Source: a bacterium (GTDB taxonomy: Bacteria; Patescibacteriota; Minisyncoccia; UBA6257; WO2-44-18). From it: 44,756 bases of DNA. Positions within the stretch are counted from its first letter, which is position 1; each line of letters starts with the position of its first letter. The translations under genes and the position numbers were made by a program. The notes under the pieces were generated by a model. The model was not told the DNA's origin. It was given only the letters and a program-made list of their open reading frames with translations, and made no database searches. Location of the stretch: contig JAHFLQ010000005.1 in the NCBI GenBank assembly GCA_023244815.1, positions 1 to 44,756 on the forward strand. The letters are read 5' to 3'. Below are positions 36,231-44,756 of this stretch, one piece after another.

Positions 36231-36557
36231 CTATACCATTTTAATCTCTATGTCCACACCAGAAGGAAGGTTCAAATGTGAAAGTGACTCGATCAAGCCC
36301 TGATTAGGATTGAGAATGTCAATCAGGCGCTTATGGAGCCGCAACTCGAACTGTTCACGAGAGTTCTTGTGAACAAAAGTCGAGCGATTCACCGTATACT
36401 TTTTAATTTCGGTCGGCAGGGGTATTGGACCAACCACCTCAGCGTCATGCCGCTTGGCGGTATCTACGATTTGCTTCGCTGAATTATCGATCAGCTTGCT
36501 GTCGTAAGCCTTAATGCGCAACCTTAATTTTTCTTGTTCTTCCTTTGGTTTAGCCAT
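36231..36557 (-). CDS. rpsJ: 30S ribosomal protein uS10
   Basis: [26 protein letters not shown]. Confidence 0.98.
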   Translation of the reverse strand: MAKPKEEQEKLRLRIKAYDSKLIDNSAKQIVDTAKRHDAEVVGPIPLPTEIKKYTVNRSTFVHKNSREQFELRLHKRLIDILNPNQGLIESLSHLNLPSGVDIEIKMV

Positions 36558-36581
36558 AGGTTAGCCACAGGGGCTAAAAAC

Positions 36582-37784
36582 TTATTTGATGATCTTAGTC
36601 ACTACGCCGGCGCCGACGGTCTTGCCACCCTCGCGGATAGCAAACCGCTGCTTCTCTTCCAAGGCAACCGGAGCAATGAGCTTAACAGTGAATTTAACAG
36701 TATCGCCTGGCATCACCATTTCCATGCCTGCCGGTAAAGTAACCTCGCCGGTAACATCAGTAGTGCGAATGTAGAACTGCGGCTTGTAGCCCTTGAAAAA
36801 TGGGGTGTGGCGGCCGCCTTCTTCCTTGCTTAAGATGTATACTTCGGAATCAAATTCGGTGTGCGGGACTACGGAGCTTGGCTTGGCTACCACCTGACCG
36901 CGCTCCACATCCTCTTTTTTCAAACCACGCATTAGAAGCCCAACGTTGTCGCCAGCGCGTCCCTCGTCCATCAGCTTGTTGAACATCTCAATACCGGTGA
37001 TGACAGACTTCTGGTTTGGCTTCAAACCAATAATTTCTACTTCTTCGTTGAGCTTGCAGACACCACGCTCAATTTTGCCGGTGACCACAGTACCGCGGCC
37101 TTCAATCGAGAAAATATCTTCGATGGCCATCAAAAACGGCTTAGCAATGTCGCGGACCGGCTCAGGAATAAATTCATCCAGGGCTTTCATTAGGTCGACA
37201 ATCGGTTTAGCGGCTTCGTCGGTGGCGGCTTTAACATTCATAGCGGCCAGAGCGGAACCGCGGATTACCGGGGTAGTATCGCCTGGGTATTCGTATTTCT
37301 TCAATAGCTCGCGGACCTCGGTTTCCACTAAGTCAACCAGCTCCTTATCATCTACCAGATCAACCTTGTTCAAGAACACTACAATAGAAGGCACGCCGAC
37401 CTGGCGGGCCAAGAGAATGTGTTCACGGGTCTGGGGCATCGGGCCGTCAACAGCGGAAACTACAAGAATGGCTCCGTCCATCTGAGCGGCACCGGTAATC
37501 ATGTTTTTAATGTAATCGGCGTGGCCTGGGCAGTCGATGTGCGCGTAGTGGCGCTTTTCGGATTCGTATTCCAGGTGGGAAACAGCAATCGTAACAATCT
37601 TGCTGTCATCGCGAACTACACCGCCTTTGGCAATGTCCGCATAAGACTTTTCTTTACCGCGTCCAAGCAAAGCAGCGACGTGCGTAATAGCCGCGCTCAA
37701 AGTGGTTTTTCCATGGTCAACGTGACCGATGGTACCGACGTTTACGTGAGGTTTGGTCCTCTGATACTTTTCCTTTTCTGCCAT
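36582..37784 (-). CDS. tuf: elongation factor Tu
   Basis: [37 protein letters not shown]. Confidence 0.99.
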   Translation of the reverse strand: MAEKEKYQRTKPHVNVGTIGHVDHGKTTLSAAITHVAALLGRGKEKSYADIAKGGVVRDDSKIVTIAVSHLEYESEKRHYAHIDCPGHADYIKNMITGAAQMDGAILVVSAVDGPMPQTREHILLARQVGVPSIVVFLNKVDLVDDKELVDLVETEVRELLKKYEYPGDTTPVIRGSALAAMNVKAATDEAAKPIVDLMKALDEFIPEPVRDIAKPFLMAIEDIFSIEGRGTVVTGKIERGVCKLNEEVEIIGLKPNQKSVITGIEMFNKLMDEGRAGDNVGLLMRGLKKEDVERGQVVAKPSSVVPHTEFDSEVYILSKEEGGRHTPFFKGYKPQFYIRTTDVTGEVTLPAGMEMVMPGDTVKFTVKLIAPVALEEKQRFAIREGGKTVGAGVVTKIIK

Positions 37785-37839
37785 ATTTATCTAGAAATTT
37801 AATTATTTAATAATTTGTCTTCGACCGACAATACTAGAG

Positions 37840-37869
37840 AGTATACTCAAAACCAACTAAAAGTGTCAA
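37840..37869 (-). promoter_or_regulatory. tuf promoter
   Basis: Minus strand TTGACA, 18 nt, TATACT. Confidence 0.7.
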
Positions 37870-37890
37870 GTGCTGCGACTGTGAATAAAA

Positions 37891-37938
37891 ACCACGGCCT
37901 TACGTCAGTGGTTTTCGTTCGGAAGTGCAGCATATAAA
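37891..37938 (+). repeat. 48-bp dispersed repeat, copy B
   Basis: 43/48 identical to 18525-18572. Confidence 0.85.
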
Positions 37939-38006
37939 CCCTCCTGTCAAAGAAGCTGGACTTACAAGAATAAAAACCGCCGGATTTGTCCAACGGTTCA
38001 GAGCAC

Positions 38007-38423
38007 CTAACGGGATTTTACCGGCGGATGATTCTTGGGCGGCTTCCAGGATTTCCACTCCCGCAAAGAACGGCGGGAGGCCAATATCCTCTGACGCATT
38101 GGAGCCAACTTTTCTGAAGACATGATGCCGTGACTATTAATGACATACAGCATCGAAAACGCCGCGCGAAGAAATAGGTCCAATTCCTTATTCCACTGAT
38201 CAGTGATCTTCACATCCTCGGCATGTAATGCATCTTGATGCACCATGACGTCGATTGCGAACATCATGTCGAGCACGACCGGCAGGGTCTTTACGATACA
38301 CTCCACTTGGAGGCGCGTACAGCGCTTGCCGCCGCCTTGTACGAACGCTTCCGCGGCATCCTGAAGACACGTGCGGAGATGCGCTGTTTCGCGCTTCGCG
38401 ATCGCTACCGAAACATGAGGCAT
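38007..38423 (-). CDS. hypothetical protein (accessory cassette)
   Basis: GGAGGG SD, TAATCT -10, terminator at 37972-37998; GC-richer than its flanks. Confidence 0.65.
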   Translation of the reverse strand: MPHVSVAIAKRETAHLRTCLQDAAEAFVQGGGKRCTRLQVECIVKTLPVVLDMMFAIDVMVHQDALHAEDVKITDQWNKELDLFLRAAFSMLYVINSHGIMSSEKLAPMRQRILASRRSLREWKSWKPPKNHPPVKSR

Positions 38424-38487
38424 GACCCCTCCAATCTATAAGAACTGACTTAAGATTAATAAAAATCCTCTGCTTTGGCAACAACGC

Positions 38488-38539
38488 GTAGGTCCCAGAA
38501 CTAGGTTATCTTGCGATCGTCAGTTAACCTAGTTATAAT
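38488..38539 (+). promoter_or_regulatory. GTAG-N7 + 36-bp palindrome containing the promoter of the PaaX/Cas2-like gene
   Basis: AACTAGGTTATCTTGCGATCGTCAGTTAACCTAGTT(38499-38534); TTGCGA(38511-16), 17 nt, TATAAT(38534-39). Confidence 0.8.
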
Positions 38540-38551
38540 AAATTTCAATTT

Positions 38552-39136
38552 ATGCGCGGCGAACGATTGTTAAAAGCTTTGGACATTATTGAAACGCTCA
38601 CCTGTAATACGGCTGGGTTTATGGAAGCATTTCTGTCCAGCTCGAAAAGTAAGTACTTGCCCTTATTAAGATTTCGGCCGCGTATTTATAACAGTATGTC
38701 AGAGGGTATCCGAAAAGATGTAAAAGAAAAACAGGAAAGACAGAGGATATATGATCTAATTTCAAGACTCCAAGAAGATGGGCTGATTGAAAAAAGTAAG
38801 CCTGGCCGCTGGTTAATAACGGCCAGGGGTAGGTTAAAGAAAGATAAATTAAAATCTGAATTGGCCAATAGATTGCCTGATCAAAGTTATAAAACTAAAC
38901 CATCTAAAGAGATTATAATTTTTAGTTTTGATATACCAGAAAAATTGAGAAATAGGAGAAATTGGCTTAGATCCACTCTTAAAAATATTGGGCTCTCAAT
39001 GTTGCAGAAAAGTGTTTGGCTCGGCAAGGTAATAATGCCGAAAGATTTTATGGAAGACCTCAAAAAACTGCAATTGCTAAATTATATTGAGATTTTTACC
39101 GTCGGAAAGGCCGGCACTATCAAACAGGTAGTCTGA
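38552..39136 (+). CDS. PaaX-like protein: winged helix + Cas2/VapD-like central domain
   Basis: ISRLQEDGLIEK...WLITARG wHTH; IIFSFDIPEK..RRNWLRSTLKNIGLSMLQKSVWL matches the PaaX-middle/Cas2 pattern; AT-rich. Confidence 0.85.
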   Translation: MRGERLLKALDIIETLTCNTAGFMEAFLSSSKSKYLPLLRFRPRIYNSMSEGIRKDVKEKQERQRIYDLISRLQEDGLIEKSKPGRWLITARGRLKKDKLKSELANRLPDQSYKTKPSKEIIIFSFDIPEKLRNRRNWLRSTLKNIGLSMLQKSVWLGKVIMPKDFMEDLKKLQLLNYIEIFTVGKAGTIKQVV

Positions 39137-39174
39137 CTAACTAGGTTATCTGACGGTCGTCGGATAACCTAGTA
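39128..39174 (+). repeat. GTAG-N7 + 36-bp palindrome, downstream copy
   Basis: AACTAGGTTATCTGACGGTCGTCGGATAACCTAGTA(39139-39174), 30/36 identical to the upstream copy. Confidence 0.85.
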
Positions 39175-39211
39175 GAACACCAGAACTGGCGGTTAAGCCT
39201 TGGTACCGAAG

Positions 39212-41323
39212 TTACTTTTTACCCTCCTTGATAAGTTGGGCGACGTTCTGCGGAACCGGTTCGTAATGGTCAAATTCCATCGTGAAGTTACCGCGGCCCT
39301 GGCTCATGGAGCGCAGTTTTGTCGCGTAACCGAACATTTCGGAAAGCGGCACCTTCGCATCAACCACTTTAATGCCGCCAAGGCGGTCGCTCATCTCTTC
39401 TATGCGGCCACGCTTAGAACTTAAATCGCCAGTAACGTCGCCTAAATATTCAGCTGGCGCTAGCACTTGCAATTTCATCACCGGCTCAAGAAGCACTGGC
39501 CTGGCCTTGTTGGCCGCTTCTTTAAAAGCCATGGACCCGGCGATTTTGAAAGCGGCCTCCGAAGAGTCTACTTCGTGGAAAGAGCCGTCAAAAAGCGTTA
39601 CTTGCACGTCGATCATTGGGAAACCGGCAACCACGCCCTTGGTCATCGCCTCTTTTACGCCTTTTTCCGTTGGCGCGATGAATTCCTTTGGCACCGCGCC
39701 GCCTTTAATTTCGTCAATAAATTCAAAACCTTTGCCGCGTTCCAGCGGCTCCACCTTCAGCCAAACATGGCCGTACTGACCCTTACCGCCGGACTGGCGG
39801 ATATACTTACCTTCGGCTTCCGCTTCGGCCTGCACGGTTTCTTTATAGGCAACCTGGGGACGGCCGACATTGGACTCCACACCAAACTCGCGCTTCATCC
39901 GATCTACGATAATTTCCAGGTGTAATTCGCCCATACCGGAGATGATCGTCTCTCCTGTTTCCGGGTCTCCCGCGACGCGAAAAGTTGGGTCTTCGTCGGC
40001 CAAACGCCGCAAAGCCAGACTCATTTTTTCCTGGTCAGCTTTAGTTTTCGGATCGATGCGTATGCCAATGACCGGCTCTGGGAAGGTGATCTTTTCTAGG
40101 ACGATCGTTTTTTCAGAATCGCAGAGCGTATCGCCAGTGGTGGTATCCTTTAGGCCGACCAGCGCGCCGATTTCGCCGGCGTAAATCTCATCTATTTCTT
40201 CGCGCTGATTGGCATGCATTTTCACGATGCGGCTGATGCGCTCTTGTTTATTTTTACTGGAATTTAAAACGTAGCTTCCTTTCTTGAGGGTGCCGGAATA
40301 AACACGGAAGAAGGTCAGGGAACCGACGAATGGGTCGGTAGCAATCTTGAAAGCCAGCGCCGCGAACGGTTCGGCATCGCTAGCTTTTCTAACAATATCC
40401 GCGCCCCTAGAATCGGTGCCTTTAGCCGGGCGGATACCATCCATATCCACCGGAGAGGGCAGATAGTCCACCACGCCGTCGAGTATCAGCTGAACGCCCT
40501 TATTTTTTAAAGCAGAACCGCAAAAGATCGGGATAATTTTTAATTTTAGGCAAGCGGCGCGAAGGAGAGTTTTTAATACTTCCAGGCTCGGCTCTTTGCC
40601 TTCCAAATACTCGCTCATAGCTTTGTCGTCCTGTTCAACAATTTTCTCCACTAAAGCGTGGCGGTATTTTTTTGCCTCGGCTTGCCACTTTTCTGGAATG
40701 TCCAGTTCAACTATTTTTTCTCCCTTTTCGCCTTCAAAGTGGTAGGCTTTCATCCGCATCAGATCGATAACACCCTCAAAGGCAGATTCCGCACCCATCG
40801 GAATTTGCACCGGCATCGCGTGCGGATTCAAGCGCTCATGAATGGACTTCACGTCGGCAACAAAATCCGCGCCCATCCGATCCATTTTATTAATGAAGCA
40901 GATGCGCGGTACGCCATAGTCGTCGGCATAACGCCAGTTGGTTTCCGATTGCGGCTCCACGCCAGAAACGCCGTCAAACACCACCACCGCGCCATCCAGC
41001 ACGCGGAGCGAGCGCTTTACTTCCACGGTAAAATCAATGTGGCCGGGGGTGTCGATCAGATTGAAGCGAACCTCTTTGCTTTTATCGCCGTGGGCGTAGG
41101 TCGGGACCCAGAAAGCGGTCGTGGCGGCGGCGGTGATAGTGATGCCGCGCTCGCGCTCCTGTTCCATCCAGTCCATCACTGTATCGCCAGTGTGTACTTC
41201 GCCGATTTTGTGGGAAACACCAGTATAAAAAAGTACGCGCTCGGACACGGTCGTCTTGCCCGCGTCGATGTGAGCGATAATTCCAAAATCACGGATTCTA
41301 TCTAAAGGGTATAGTCTGGGCAT
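39212..41323 (-). CDS. fusA: elongation factor G
   Basis: [44 protein letters not shown]. Confidence 0.99.
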   Translation of the reverse strand: MPRLYPLDRIRDFGIIAHIDAGKTTVSERVLFYTGVSHKIGEVHTGDTVMDWMEQERERGITITAAATTAFWVPTYAHGDKSKEVRFNLIDTPGHIDFTVEVKRSLRVLDGAVVVFDGVSGVEPQSETNWRYADDYGVPRICFINKMDRMGADFVADVKSIHERLNPHAMPVQIPMGAESAFEGVIDLMRMKAYHFEGEKGEKIVELDIPEKWQAEAKKYRHALVEKIVEQDDKAMSEYLEGKEPSLEVLKTLLRAACLKLKIIPIFCGSALKNKGVQLILDGVVDYLPSPVDMDGIRPAKGTDSRGADIVRKASDAEPFAALAFKIATDPFVGSLTFFRVYSGTLKKGSYVLNSSKNKQERISRIVKMHANQREEIDEIYAGEIGALVGLKDTTTGDTLCDSEKTIVLEKITFPEPVIGIRIDPKTKADQEKMSLALRRLADEDPTFRVAGDPETGETIISGMGELHLEIIVDRMKREFGVESNVGRPQVAYKETVQAEAEAEGKYIRQSGGKGQYGHVWLKVEPLERGKGFEFIDEIKGGAVPKEFIAPTEKGVKEAMTKGVVAGFPMIDVQVTLFDGSFHEVDSSEAAFKIAGSMAFKEAANKARPVLLEPVMKLQVLAPAEYLGDVTGDLSSKRGRIEEMSDRLGGIKVVDAKVPLSEMFGYATKLRSMSQGRGNFTMEFDHYEPVPQNVAQLIKEGKK

Positions 41324-41367
41324 GCCAATTTTATCTCCAAGCGTAGCGAGGAGCTATAAAATTGAGC

Positions 41368-41474
41368 ACCCCGTTAGATGCGGGAAAAGCTAGAAGGCTT
41401 TCATCCATTCGACTATTATTTTTTGATTTCTTATTTGATAGACTGTTCATAGATTTACCGATATCTAACGGGGT
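41368..41474. mobile_element. 107-bp TIR-bounded element, copy 2
   Basis: ACCCCGTTAGAT ... ATCTAACGGGGT with the same left flank AAAATTGAGC as copy 1. Confidence 0.7.
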
Positions 41475-41532
41475 AAGGGTTTTGTTACTGAAATTCGTTC
41501 GGTTATCACCTCCGAATTTCAGACAAAGCCCC

Positions 41533-42000
41533 TTACCAGCTGAAGTGGGCAAAAGCACGGTTGGCTTCGGCCATGCGGTGCATGTCCTGCTTCTTTTTAA
41601 TCGCGGCACCTTCATTTTTGGAAGCTAGTATAATTTCCTCGGCTAGTTTGGCAGCCATTGGTTTTCCTTTTTTGGCCCGGGCAACGGAAATAATCCAGCG
41701 AACTGCTAAAACGAATTTTCGGTCCGGACGAACTTCTATCGGTACCTGATAGTTAGCGCCACCAACGCGCCGGGTAGCGGTTTCTACCGCCGGAGCGGCA
41801 TTCTCCATTGCTTTTTCAAAAACTTTCATAGGATCTTCTTTCGTGTCCTTTTGGATTTTCTCGAAAGCATCATACATTATTTTTTCCGCCGCCCATTTTT
41901 TACCATCCTGCATAAGATAGTTAATGAATCGGCCAACAATAACGCTGCCGTGTTTCAAGTCCGGCTTCCGTTCTCTTTTATAATTTTGTTTTTTGCGCAT
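41533..42000 (-). CDS. rpsG: 30S ribosomal protein uS7
   Basis: RRVGGANYQVP, HRMAEANRAFAH. Confidence 0.98.
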   Translation of the reverse strand: MRKKQNYKRERKPDLKHGSVIVGRFINYLMQDGKKWAAEKIMYDAFEKIQKDTKEDPMKVFEKAMENAAPAVETATRRVGGANYQVPIEVRPDRKFVLAVRWIISVARAKKGKPMAAKLAEEIILASKNEGAAIKKKQDMHRMAEANRAFAHFSW

Positions 42001-42015
42001 CTGATTTTCTATTTT

Positions 42016-42435
42016 TTATTGCCCCGTTTTGGGCCTCTTGGCTCCATACTTGGACCGCTGCTGCTTACGCGCCTCTACTCCCGTAGCATCCAAAGTACCA
42101 CGGACAATGTGGTAGCGCACACCCGGCAGATCTTTTACGCGGCCGCCGCGGACAATTACGATAGAGTGCTCTTGTAAATTATGGCCTTCGCCCGGAATAT
42201 AGGCGGTGATTTCCATTCCATTCGTCAGCCGCACGCGAGCGACTTTTCGCAAAGCGGAGTTTGGCTTTTTCGGCGTAGTGGTAAAAACCTTAATGCATAC
42301 TCCCCGCTTGAACGGAGCCGGCACTTCCATCGGCCGGTTTTTTAAAAAGTTAAAATACCGCGTCATTGCCGGCGCTTTGGATTTATAGTTCATTTTCTTC
42401 CGTCCTTTGCGGACCAACTGTCGGATCGTAGGCAT
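42016..42435 (-). CDS. rpsL: 30S ribosomal protein uS12
   Basis: [31 protein letters not shown]. Confidence 0.99.
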   Translation of the reverse strand: MPTIRQLVRKGRKKMNYKSKAPAMTRYFNFLKNRPMEVPAPFKRGVCIKVFTTTPKKPNSALRKVARVRLTNGMEITAYIPGEGHNLQEHSIVIVRGGRVKDLPGVRYHIVRGTLDATGVEARKQQRSKYGAKRPKTGQ

Positions 42436-42487
42436 ACAATATGTAGAGAAAACTGTAGCAAAAAAACCCGACTCAAGTCAACTCGTT

Positions 42488-43126
42488 TTAGAACAGCGCA
42501 GCAGGGCCAACAAGCAGTTTGTAAATAACCCCGACAATCGGGACTAAAAATTGAAAGCCAAAAAATATAAATAGAAGGAGGAGCCAAAATCCGTAACGAG
42601 TTAAGAATTGCTGGAGTGGATACAAGCTTCTCGGTAAAACAGCGAAAAGCATATTTGAGCCGTCCAGCGGAGGCAGCGGGACCAGGTTAAAAACCGCGAG
42701 CAATATGTTAATAAAAACAATGTAACTCAGTGTTTCGCTAAAACCCGCTAAAGACCCGGAAAATGCTGGCAAGCCAAGTTGCAAGATTAAACCAAAAATT
42801 GCGGCTACAATTAAATTACTCAAAGGCCCGGCCGCGCCAACAATTCCCGCCCCCCTCCTCGGGTTTTTTAAATTATATGGATTATACGGCACTGGTTTTG
42901 CCCATCCCAAGACAAACGCACCGCCGGAAAGCAAAAATAAAGATATCGGCAGAAGAATCGACCCAAAAAGATCCAGGTGTTTCAAAGGATTAAGAGTAAG
43001 CCGCCCGGCGTCTCTAGCGGTCGTATCACCTAGCTTCAGCGCCGCTAGGCCGTGTGAAACTTCGTGAATAATCACGGAGAAAATCAACACGGCCAGCTGG
43101 AAGATTAGGGCCAGAATGTTGTTCAT
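42488..43126 (-). CDS. site-2 protease (M50) family protein
   Basis: HEVSH, AGPLSN, FNLVPLPPLDG. Confidence 0.93.
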   Translation of the reverse strand: MNNILALIFQLAVLIFSVIIHEVSHGLAALKLGDTTARDAGRLTLNPLKHLDLFGSILLPISLFLLSGGAFVLGWAKPVPYNPYNLKNPRRGAGIVGAAGPLSNLIVAAIFGLILQLGLPAFSGSLAGFSETLSYIVFINILLAVFNLVPLPPLDGSNMLFAVLPRSLYPLQQFLTRYGFWLLLLFIFFGFQFLVPIVGVIYKLLVGPAALF

Positions 43127-43198
43127 GCCTTAATTCTACAGGACTTGAAGTAAAGCGACAAAAAGCCCACGACGTTTCGTGGGCTGGTACTTTACATT

Positions 43199-43675
43199 CT
43201 ATAGCGGATCTGGGAATAACGGATGTTGGGATGGTGGAACGTCACTGTCTTCGCGAAGCCCACTGCATTTCTTGCAAATGGACCTGTTGGCACCAAGCAT
43301 TTTGGCGATTCGCGTGGCTGCGGCGTCAAATTCCTCGCCGCATTTTTCACACTTCACCGGATAAATCCAGCGGTATTCCACTGGCCGTCCAGCTTTTTCG
43401 GCGTTGGCGATGCCATACTGCATGCCTCTGGAGATACCGCGGTCAACGTAAACCACTGTCGCTTCGGCTACTGATCCCCAAACCAAACCGGCATCAATGC
43501 CATGTTGGCGTTCCGCTGAAATCTCGTCTTTCAAAACTCCCGGCTGGGTGTAGAGCAGATGGCTCGCGATCGGCGCCTCACCGCGGAGCAGGCAGTCGCG
43601 CAAACAAGCGCGGGCATATTTCACATTTTCTTCCACATCTCCGGCATACGGACTTTCCAAAATCACTCGCCGCAT
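43199..43675 (-). CDS. phage-like flavodoxin/NDT-fold hypothetical protein (DUF4406-like) with C-terminal CxxC..CxxC
   Basis: VILESPYAGD, EAPIASHLLY, ISRGM..GI; own -10, SD and terminator at 43160-43185. Confidence 0.7.
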   Translation of the reverse strand: MRRVILESPYAGDVEENVKYARACLRDCLLRGEAPIASHLLYTQPGVLKDEISAERQHGIDAGLVWGSVAEATVVYVDRGISRGMQYGIANAEKAGRPVEYRWIYPVKCEKCGEEFDAAATRIAKMLGANRSICKKCSGLREDSDVPPSQHPLFPDPL

Positions 43676-43794
43676 AAAAACCTCTTCTAAAAAACTGAAA
43701 ATATTCTATCCCATCCAACCCCTTCAACACAAGCCGCAAAAACATACACTACCCTACGGGTAGTGCTTTCGCCGACGAAAGCGTTTTATCAATA

Positions 43795-43978
43795 GTTTGG
43801 TCGTAGGCTGGGTTGGTCTGTGGCACATCCCGCAGGCGCGCTAGCTTGGTTCGCTTGTTATAATCTTCTGCCAACAAGCGATAGCGCGCCGAGGGTGAAG
43901 AAAACTTTTTCGTTGGAAAAAAGTTATTCTGGTGACACGGAGCAAGCCGGCCGAGAGACCAATATACCTATGAAAAAC
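43795..43978 (+). ncRNA. candidate ~180-nt structured intergenic element
   Basis: Closing stems TCGTAGG/CCTATGA and GTTGGTCT/AGACCAAT; inner GGCGCGCTA/TAGCGCGCC, CGCTTGTT/AACAAGCG, AACTTTTTC/GAAAAAAGTT. Confidence 0.45.
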
Positions 43979-43979
43979 A

Positions 43980-44004
43980 AAAACACCCCTTTCAGGGTGT
44001 TTTT
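43980..44004. terminator. bidirectional terminator
   Basis: AAAAACACCC-tttca-GGGTGTTTTT. Confidence 0.75.
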
Positions 44005-44015
44005 GCGGTAAACGC

Positions 44016-44315
44016 TTACCAGTTTCCACCTCGACCTCCGCGATCACCCCCTCTGTCTGAGCGAGGCTCCATCGGCCGAGCTTCATTGACGGTAATTTTC
44101 CGTCCGTCCACGTCTTTGCCATTGAACATTTCAATAGCCTTGGTCGCTTCCTCATCATTTTCCATCTCGACGAATCCGAAACCACGGGAACGGCCGGACA
44201 TTTTATCCGTAATGACGGTGGCGGAATTGACTTTGCCAGTGGCCTCAAAAGTCTGTTTTAAAGACTCATCAGTCGTGGTCCAAGCCAAATTGCCAACATA
44301 CAATTTTTTAGCCAT
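44016..44315 (-). CDS. RRM (RNP-1) RNA-binding protein
   Basis: LYVGNL (RNP2), RSRGFGFVEM (RNP1), Gly/Arg tail; promoter TTGACA-17-TACGCT at 44414-44442. Confidence 0.96.
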   Translation of the reverse strand: MAKKLYVGNLAWTTTDESLKQTFEATGKVNSATVITDKMSGRSRGFGFVEMENDEEATKAIEMFNGKDVDGRKITVNEARPMEPRSDRGGDRGGRGGNW

Positions 44316-44445
44316 TAATATTTTTTAACCTAACCTTATCGTTGTAAGCACTAACTCGACACTCCAGTGGCCGCTTTTATTAATAAAGCCACACGAACAC
44401 TTACAATACAGCAAGCGTACTCCTGCCGCTGGCAAATGTCAAATC

Positions 44446-44754
44446 CTATTTAAGATTGCTGATCGCCTGCTGGCTCGCATCGTGGCGCGCTTTCAAAATG
44501 TTGGTAAGCGTGTTGAATTGCTGGGCAACCCTCTGGAGCGCGGTCGGCGCCTTCACCCAGTGGAGCTGGTCCTGCTGTTTCTTGAAGTCCGAAACCACCG
44601 TGCTCGCGAAATTTCCCGCGTCGTTGGTCGCGAAGATCAGCCACCAGGGATGGCCCTGCGCGATATTGCCCTTACCGTCCACTGTAAAAGCGTGGTAGTA
44701 AGCCACCGGAATGAATCCGAAAAGTTTAGCCGGCCGTTTGTATTCAACCTTCAG
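44446..44754 (-). CDS. 3' part of a hypothetical protein (runs off the window)
   Basis: Frame open to the window end: LKVEYKRPAKLFGFIPVAYYH...PWW...NILKARHDASQQAISNLK*. Confidence 0.7.
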   Translation of the reverse strand: MKVEYKRPAKLFGFIPVAYYHAFTVDGKGNIAQGHPWWLIFATNDAGNFASTVVSDFKKQQDQLHWVKAPTALQRVAQQFNTLTNILKARHDASQQAISNLK

Positions 44755-44756
44755 CG

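Noticed and set aside
38552-39136. PaaX-like protein as regulator of the beta-oxidation genes
   Set aside because: No copy of the palindrome near those promoters, and the protein is much shorter than full PaaX; the link is unsupported.
38499-39174. CRISPR array / CRISPR-Cas locus (36-bp repeats plus Cas2-like gene)
   Set aside because: Only two repeats, separated by a whole gene; no spacer-sized intervals, no cas1 or effector, and the protein has an N-terminal wHTH.
41331-41628. 94-aa and 88-aa ORFs between rpsG and fusA
   Set aside because: They overlap rpsG and run through the TIR element; the homologous copy at 27986 has stops in the equivalent minus-strand frames.
1-44756. tRNA/rRNA genes and genetic code 25
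   Set aside because: No T-loop/acceptor patterns or rRNA seen; TGA terminates conserved genes such as rplB and adk.

Overview
Bacterial chromosome segment that reads as Patescibacteria/CPR, probably Parcubacteria-like. This is an inference from the missing rpmD between rpsE and rplO, a compact LysS, many leaderless-type promoters, CPR-type hypothetical families and TGA used as stop. The core content is a GT2 glycosyltransferase, greA, lysS, serS, alr, an ftsQ-like gene, ychF, a VirD4/HerA-like ATPase, murC, and the str-S10-spc cluster from rpsL to secY-adk-map on the minus strand. Self-contained accessory cassettes sit between core genes: an ExbB/MotA-like three-gene membrane module, three beta-oxidation genes (thiolase, FadB/FadJ-type multifunctional enzyme, acyl-CoA dehydrogenase), a two-gene island at the ychF 3' end, and a PaaX/Cas2-like gene inserted between fusA and tuf. 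The most striking unexplained structures are: (1) a GTAG-N7 + 36-bp palindrome family bracketing the PaaX/Cas2-like gene, with a third solo copy at 1081-1127; (2) three tandem consensus promoters at 318-590 driving highly structured RNAs of about 95, 60 and 420 nt that lack a sense ORF of 60 aa or more; (3) a 107-108 bp element with ACCCCGTTAGAT terminal inverted repeats, present twice in the ribosomal operon; (4) two expression classes, leaderless core genes versus accessory genes with a boxA-like 5' motif plus SD. No tRNA, rRNA or CRISPR array was seen. All family assignments are by motif recognition only; no database searches were run.
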